A stretch of DNA of 63,759 nt, filler included, from Lenisia limosa (lineage: Eukaryota; Protista; Breviatea), in NCBI GenBank assembly GCA_001655205.1. It is 11 parts of 11 records of this genome, joined end to end, with 100 filler letters (N's around TTAATTAATTAA, not from the genome) between each part and the next. Parts side by side here need not be neighbours in the genome. Positions count along the whole stretch, not along the records: positions 57,442 to 63,759 come from LPNZ01005532.1; 10 more parts are not named here. One strand, written 5' to 3'. A program made the position numbers and the translations under genes. Shown here piece by piece: positions 57,810 through 63,759 of the stretch. The notes beneath the pieces were generated by a model, which was not told the origin of the DNA, ran no database searches, and saw only the letters and a program-made list of their open reading frames with translations. The number at the start of each line of letters is the position of its first letter. Within the stretch, counting starts at the first letter, position 1.

Positions 57810-60720
57810 TAGCTTCACAATCACGTCCGCCTCCTATCGGGACGCACTTGCGGGCTGGATGCAGGGCGACCTCCTCTCCAAAATACTCTTTCCCGCCACC
57901 CTGGCCAAGCTCTCGGTCATGAGCCGGCCGCACACTTTCGAGTTTGTTGAAAGTCTGTCAGGCAGCTTTTTAGATCAGCTGATTGCCGATACTGTCAGGT
58001 CTGCGGTGGGATAGTTTTGTATCAACATCGTTTCTTAAAGTCATCAGCAACGTCATCATATATTAATCATATACCAATCACCTTACATTAGTTATACTTT
58101 ACTATATATAGTATCATCTGTAATCACAATCCAGCTCAGCCCCCGTACACCAGTCCCCCGTCACCATGACCCGGGCCCTAATTGAGAACTACAATAAGTG
58201 TTGGATCGAGGGCGTCATCCGGCGCGTTCTGGCGCTGAAGATGGTGGAGGCGGGCGACCCGTGTCTTTTGGTCCGCTGCGCCGCCGAGAGGGGCGCCTGG
58301 GACATAGTCGTGAGACTGGTCACGTGGGGGGGGGGGGNNNNNNNNNNNNNNNNNNNNNNNNNNNNNNNNNNNNNNNNNNNNNNNNNNNNNNNNNNNNNNN
58401 NNNNNNNNNNNNNNNNNNNNNNNNNNNNNTACGAAATAAAATGGTCCTCACAATAATTTTGCTTCTTGGGGTTTTAGGACTGTGCTTTTACCACATGTCC
58501 TCTTTAAATAAAATATATTTGTCTGCTATGATGAGATGGTTGAGTGTCCATAAAAGCGACATGAAACGGATACTCTTGACTTCTAAGACGGAGATACATT
58601 CGAATGTTTTTGAGTTTGCAACGTATGCCCATCCAAGCCCAGAGAACGGTCTGACCTCTTTAGTGAAGTGAGTAAGGAATTCGGACGTGAAGAAGGCGCG
58701 AAGCTTGGTAGTGAGGCTCTTGCAGTTGCTGTTGAGACCCGTGATGCTATTATTGCAAAGGAGCTTGTCAAGTGAGGGGAGGGGGGCTGACATGGCATTA
58801 TCAGGACGTATCTTATGCTCCCTATACAGCAACATTTTCACACATTTTGAATATAATTCAGAATATAACGCATCAACGCTGCTGACGGTTTCAGATGCGG
58901 AGTTGGTACCACAATTGACAGTATCCGCTCAACTGAGAAAATGTAGGTACTGTGTGAACAGCCTAGTCATATCCTCTCATGATATCCTTATTCTATTATT
59001 CTGTCAGTCCATTCACGGGTGTGCTGTCTCTTTTCATTCTAATAGATTTCATAATAGTACAGTTGAGGGATTCAGTACTTTGCGAAAAATCAAATTTTCC
59101 AATTTATACCCTGTTACCCCCCCGCGTCACCCCTCAGATTAACAACGGTCTCTGATGCGATGTTTTGGTTCTGCCATCTGCAGCTGAGAGCACCGCAAGG
59201 CCTTTATGTCAGAATGCCCGAAATCATCCACAAGTATGTGTGAATTTCTAAACCATCTTAACACCACATTCCACCTTATTTTCTGATAATCGTGACCTTC
59301 ACCTCTTTAACTGTAATCCTTCTACTCCTTGCTTCATATTCTTGAGAATCTTTAGATCATGATAAGAATTCTCTTCAACCAGCATGACAAGCATCACTAC
59401 TAATTCTCTTCAGACTATGCGAAATGCCGCATTCTGTCCAGACCATCCGAGCCCTCACGATAATGCTTGATGTTCCCGCCCATTTTGACACAGTAACGTC
59501 CCTCCCAAGCCCTGAGAACAGTCTTTTAAGACTCCAGGTAAGAAGGTGCCCTCCGTTTCTTCAATCCATCAATGTGAATGTTAATCAGAGGTGATTTTTT
59601 CGGCTTGACTGTTTCATANNNNNNNNNNNNNNNNNNNNNNNNNNNNNNNNNNNNNNNNNNNNNNNNNNNNNNNNNNNNNNNNNNNNNNNNNNNNNNNNNN
59701 NNTGTTTCAAAATTTTTCCAATTTTACTCCCTCCCCCACCCTTTTCAATGTATTTAACCTCCTGTGCTTTTATTTTTGCTTGTTTTTGTTTGGAGTTTCA
59801 GATTGTTCGGCTCGTGCTTAATTCTTCATCTAAAATTCCTTGGTTTTACTTTTGGGCTTTTTGTTTCATAAATTTTCCAATTATACCCCCGCAGCAAACA
59901 ACAGGGGAGCAACTACCCGAGGTGCAGCACCCCACAGCTTTGCATGCGGCCGCGGCACATGATAACATCGAAGCTATTAGCCTGTTGCTTGCTGCCGGGC
60001 ATAACGTGGGAAGGAGGGGGAGTAAAATTGGAAAATGTGAAACAAAAAAAAGCCCAAAATCAACTCTGTTGGCTGAAAACATACGAGGCTGAAACAAACT
60101 TGGGGGTATGGTATCATAGTGGGTGGTTATTATGCGAGTGACTGTGGGATGTGTGAGGTGCCAGGAATTCGGGACTTCTTGGTCGAAGTTTTGACACTTT
60201 CAGCCCGAACCGCTGGTGAAAGGCTGGTACTCTCCAAGTCAGGTTGGCATTTTGGTTAATCAAGAGCCACGCATATTTAGTCAACTTCTCCCACACACAG
60301 AGTCAAGTATTACCCCTATAATTGAGTCTGCTATACCCCGATCGAGACGACTAAACGTCACACCATTTCCCCCACAGATGGGCAGGCTAATGTCATCACC
60401 CGGGGTAACGTCCATCATTTCTGGCTACACACAGGCCAGTCGAATGATAGCCTCAGCCACCCAACAGAGTCTAGCACCGCAAATGTCTTTCTCTCAGGAA
60501 ACACAGGTTTGGGCGTAATTGAGACTTGTCGGTTAATTCATCATGGAGGATAATAAGGGTGGGAAATGAGAGCAAACAGATCCAAAATGTACCAAATTAC
60601 TGTGAAAACTGTGATACCTGTGGTACTCGGGATGAATCTTCTTGCTATATCATTTCGACTGCAGTCGAAAGTCGGCCGTATGGTCAAGGACATTTAAATA
60701 CGTATCAAACATACTGATTA
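57810..60720 (+). CDS. Ankyrin-repeat-containing multi-exon protein
   Basis: Clear ankyrin exon PTALHAAAAHDNIEAISLLLAAGHN (59895-60005). Ankyrin-like LLVRCAAERGAWDIVVRLV and ALAVAVETRDAIIAKELV. Gene ends are uncertain. Confidence 0.6.
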
Positions 60721-61766
60721 TCAAACTTGATGTAGTGTTGGCCGGAAGTGAATGTGAATACATGTACGTGCACTATGACTTTACCAATCGCTCATCATGT
60801 AGATTGTTGAATGATTACTATACATTCTGGGGGTTACACACTTCTATACTTGAGTTTCTTCGTCTCCCTCCTCAAGCGTCATGGACGAACTAAGTTATTA
60901 ATCAAATATATCACAAATGATCTTGGGAGGTGGTGACATATTCATAATCACGTGCATGAGGGAGGGAAAATATAGAATAAAAAAAACCCCAAAGTCAATT
61001 TATGAAACAAAAAGTTGGCAGTAAAATAACACAATAGGGGGGGGGGAAATTGGCAATGCCATGGGGGTGCATACCGATCATTCCAGTGGTTTTTCAGGCG
61101 ATGGGGTGCCACATGTTCGCTTTCCTATAGGGTAAAGTGGGTCATTTGTCAGTCTATACTGTAAAAAACAAACTATTGCTCCGTGCAATTAATTGAAAAA
61201 AATTGAAGTAGAACATATTGTAATGAGAACCCTATTCCAGACACTTTAATATCTTTTTGTCAAATATTAAAAACAAACATAATTCCTTTCGCAAGTCATC
61301 AACGTGGCATTTTATTTTTTTAAAAAAATAGTTCGCAGTCTTTATAAGATGCTAGACCAGCCACGTTGCTACCCCCCCCCCCCNNNNNNNNNNNNNNNNN
61401 NNNNNNNNNNNNNNNNNNNNNNNNNNNNNNNNNNNNNNNNNNNNNNNNNNNNNNNNNNNNNNNNNNNNNNNNNNNNNNNNNNNNNNNNNNNNNNNNNNNN
61501 NNNNNNNNNNNNNNNNNNNNNNNNNNNNNNNNNNNNNNNNNNNNNNNNNNNNNNNNNNNNNNNNNNNNNNNNNNNNNNNNNNNNNNNNNNNNNNNNNNNN
61601 NNNNNNNNNNNNNNNNNNNNNNNNAAATACAAGCAATAGAGGGAAAATTAGAAAATTGATGAAACAAAAAAGCCCAGGTGAGGAGGTAGAATAATGATGA
61701 TGAATGGTAGCATTTCCAGGGAGTGACAAGTGCTATTAAAAACTAAACAAGTCGTCAAGTGTGAAC

Positions 61767-61894
61767 CATTCCCACGTTTCTATTGGAGGGGTGATATCCA
61801 TTCCCACGTTTCTATGGGAGGGGTGATATCCATTCCCACGTTTCTATTGGAGGGGTGAAATCCATTCCCACGTTTCTATTGGAGGGGTGATATC
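61767..61894. repeat. 32-bp minisatellite x4 (CCATTCCCACGTTTCTATTGGAGGGGTGATAT)
   Basis: Units start at about 61767, 61799, 61831 and 61863. Confidence 0.9.
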
Positions 61895-62619
61895 CGGGGG
61901 AGAAGGGGTTCCGTTTGGTCTGGGCGACTTGTAAGGGGTCGCCTGGGAAATTAGGGCTTCAGAAAGGTCTGAAAAAGATCGATACAAATGTCAAATTTAA
62001 GAGCCACTTACTGACAAGTTAGGCTGACGTAAATAAATAGATAAGATGATGTTCATTTGAAGATACAGAAAGGAATACGGCTAATAATCAAGATCCAAAT
62101 GTGAAGGTTTGAACAAAAATGCCAAAGGTACAATTCCATGTTGACTCTAAGGCTTCCCTTCAGGCTAAAATAAAAACGGATTTCTTTAGAATAAATAATC
62201 TTCAAAAGCGATTTTCTCCTTTTCAAAATCAATTGGTTCAAATAACACAAACATCAGACATCCCTCCAACATAGGCGCCAATTGGAGTCATAGAAGACAC
62301 ATATTGCTATAGGGGTCACTTCAAAGCATAAGAAAACCCTAATTCTACTAAGAATCAATTGGAAGGCTAAATACAGTTCTTAAAAGACTCTAAAGTATGA
62401 CAAAAACACTTATGGTAATAAATGCTACTAGTAGTATGATACATTGAAGACAGGAATGTGCTACTTTAATACACCAAACCAATGAATAGATCGGATTAAT
62501 CAAGTACAAAAGAGTGTTATGTATGATTTTAAAAAAGTATACACATATCAATGAGAGTAGGATGAAGATAGATAATTTGTGTGATGATTTAGAAAGTACC
62601 TTACCAAATTTGATTGCTT

Positions 62620-63602
62620 CCTCCTTGGGGTTGTCTTCCTAGGACTGTTGCTCGGGGACGCCCTCAGCGGCGAGTGGCGGGGGCTGCGGGACACATAGCA
62701 ATGACGAGGGCTTTTCTCGGGTTTTACAGGAGACAGCTTCTATGGAGTCAGGAATGGCAGGATATATAGGAATATAATAGTTTAGTTCGATGTCTATAAT
62801 AATGTCATGTGGACTTGTAGAAAACACCTTTCAAAAAATACACTTTTAAAATGCCATAGTTTGTTCCTTGTCAAATTAACTCATTAGGCCTACTCTGATC
62901 TTGTCCTCAGTGAGATGAGAGACAGGCTAAACAATCAACGGGGGTCAAAATAAGAATACGTAGAAGTATCTGGCCGAAGCCGTCCATACATTCCGCTTCT
63001 AAAAGATACTGGATTATGGATACAGAACAGGTTTGAATAGGAAAAGAGACCTTGGTGATATGGCTCAAATTAGGTGCCCATTTAACTCAGGACCTACATG
63101 AGATAAATCCAAGCGGGGCACTTTTGGGCTTCTAAGTATTGGGCTTCTAAGTATTGGCGGGCTCATTCCGGGTGAGCTCTAGGTCCGTTAACGTGGTTGG
63201 TCAGGATAAAGAAATATTTAACACAAAATCACGAAATCGAAAACTAAATTTCCTATTCAGGAACTCTTCCAAAGCCCATCACCACCTTTGGTCTCGGCCG
63301 ACATGACATGTCATTGAGTACATTTGGACTAGTGTGACTCCGAACCTGAAGTCGCCGTCTTGGTGGAGGCGACGTCTTTGGTGGTGACATGGGCGACATA
63401 GGCGGCTTTGACGTGGGGCGCTTGACAACGCTGAAGGCCGAAATATTGTCGTTCTCGCGTTTGAGCACGTTTTCACCCGGCCGCGACGAGAAGTTGGCTA
63501 TTTCGTCTGCCCATTTAGACGACACAGCAGACTGCATAGGGGGAGAGGGGGCTCTTGGAGAGGGCAGTTTGTCCGGTGACAGAGCTGTGCAGCTTCTCAT
63601 CT
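62620..63602 (-). CDS. S/P-rich low-complexity protein exons, partial
   Basis: Open exon after CATTTCAG: MRSCTALSPDKLPSPRAPSPP...KPPMSPMSPPKTSPPPRRR. A second exon lies near 62640-62760. Confidence 0.4.
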
Positions 63603-63619
63603 GAAATGTGAATTTGACA

Positions 63620-63697
63620 TTAACCCACCTCATCTCCTGTGTGAATTAACCCACCTCATCTCCTGTGTGATTTAACCCACCTCTTCTCCTGTGTGAT
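63620..63697. repeat. 26-bp tandem repeat x3 (TTAACCCACCTCATCTCCTGTGTGAA)
   Basis: Direct inspection. Confidence 0.85.
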
Positions 63698-63759
63698 TTG
63701 TTGATAATATATAATAGTATATATAGCAATGATACATAAAAAATAAAGTTGTATCTGGC

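Overview
Eukaryotic, intron-rich draft genome, probably a protist; an amoebozoan is plausible but not provable. The standard genetic code fits all reconstructed exons. The window is not one locus: 11 small scaffolds are joined by ten artificial 100-bp spacers (N44-TTAATTAATTAA-N44), so gene neighbourhoods across spacers are meaningless. Genes reconstructed by hand from spliced exons: 2-oxoglutarate dehydrogenase E1 (partial), a large RS/acidic protein, a bacterial-type PepD dipeptidase (partial), SCCPDH-like oxidoreductase (partial), peroxisomal-type citrate synthase ending in AKL, an RRM protein, PI4K type II (5' part), ERO1 with a C-terminal membrane anchor, an anaerobe-type 4Fe-4S protein with a mitochondrial-like presequence, glucosidase I (MOGS, partial), a pre-SET/SET methyltransferase, an ankyrin-repeat protein and several hypothetical or coiled-coil proteins. 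Non-coding structure is rich. There are at least four TA-flanked MITE families. A ~45-90 bp repeat family sits against splice sites in both orientations (introner-like). Many introns begin GT-(G)n and many end (C)n-AG. The best candidates for new biology are the splice-site repeat and G/C intron-end system and the horizontally acquired, mitochondrion-targeted Fe-S protein. Exon coordinates were derived by eye and are approximate.
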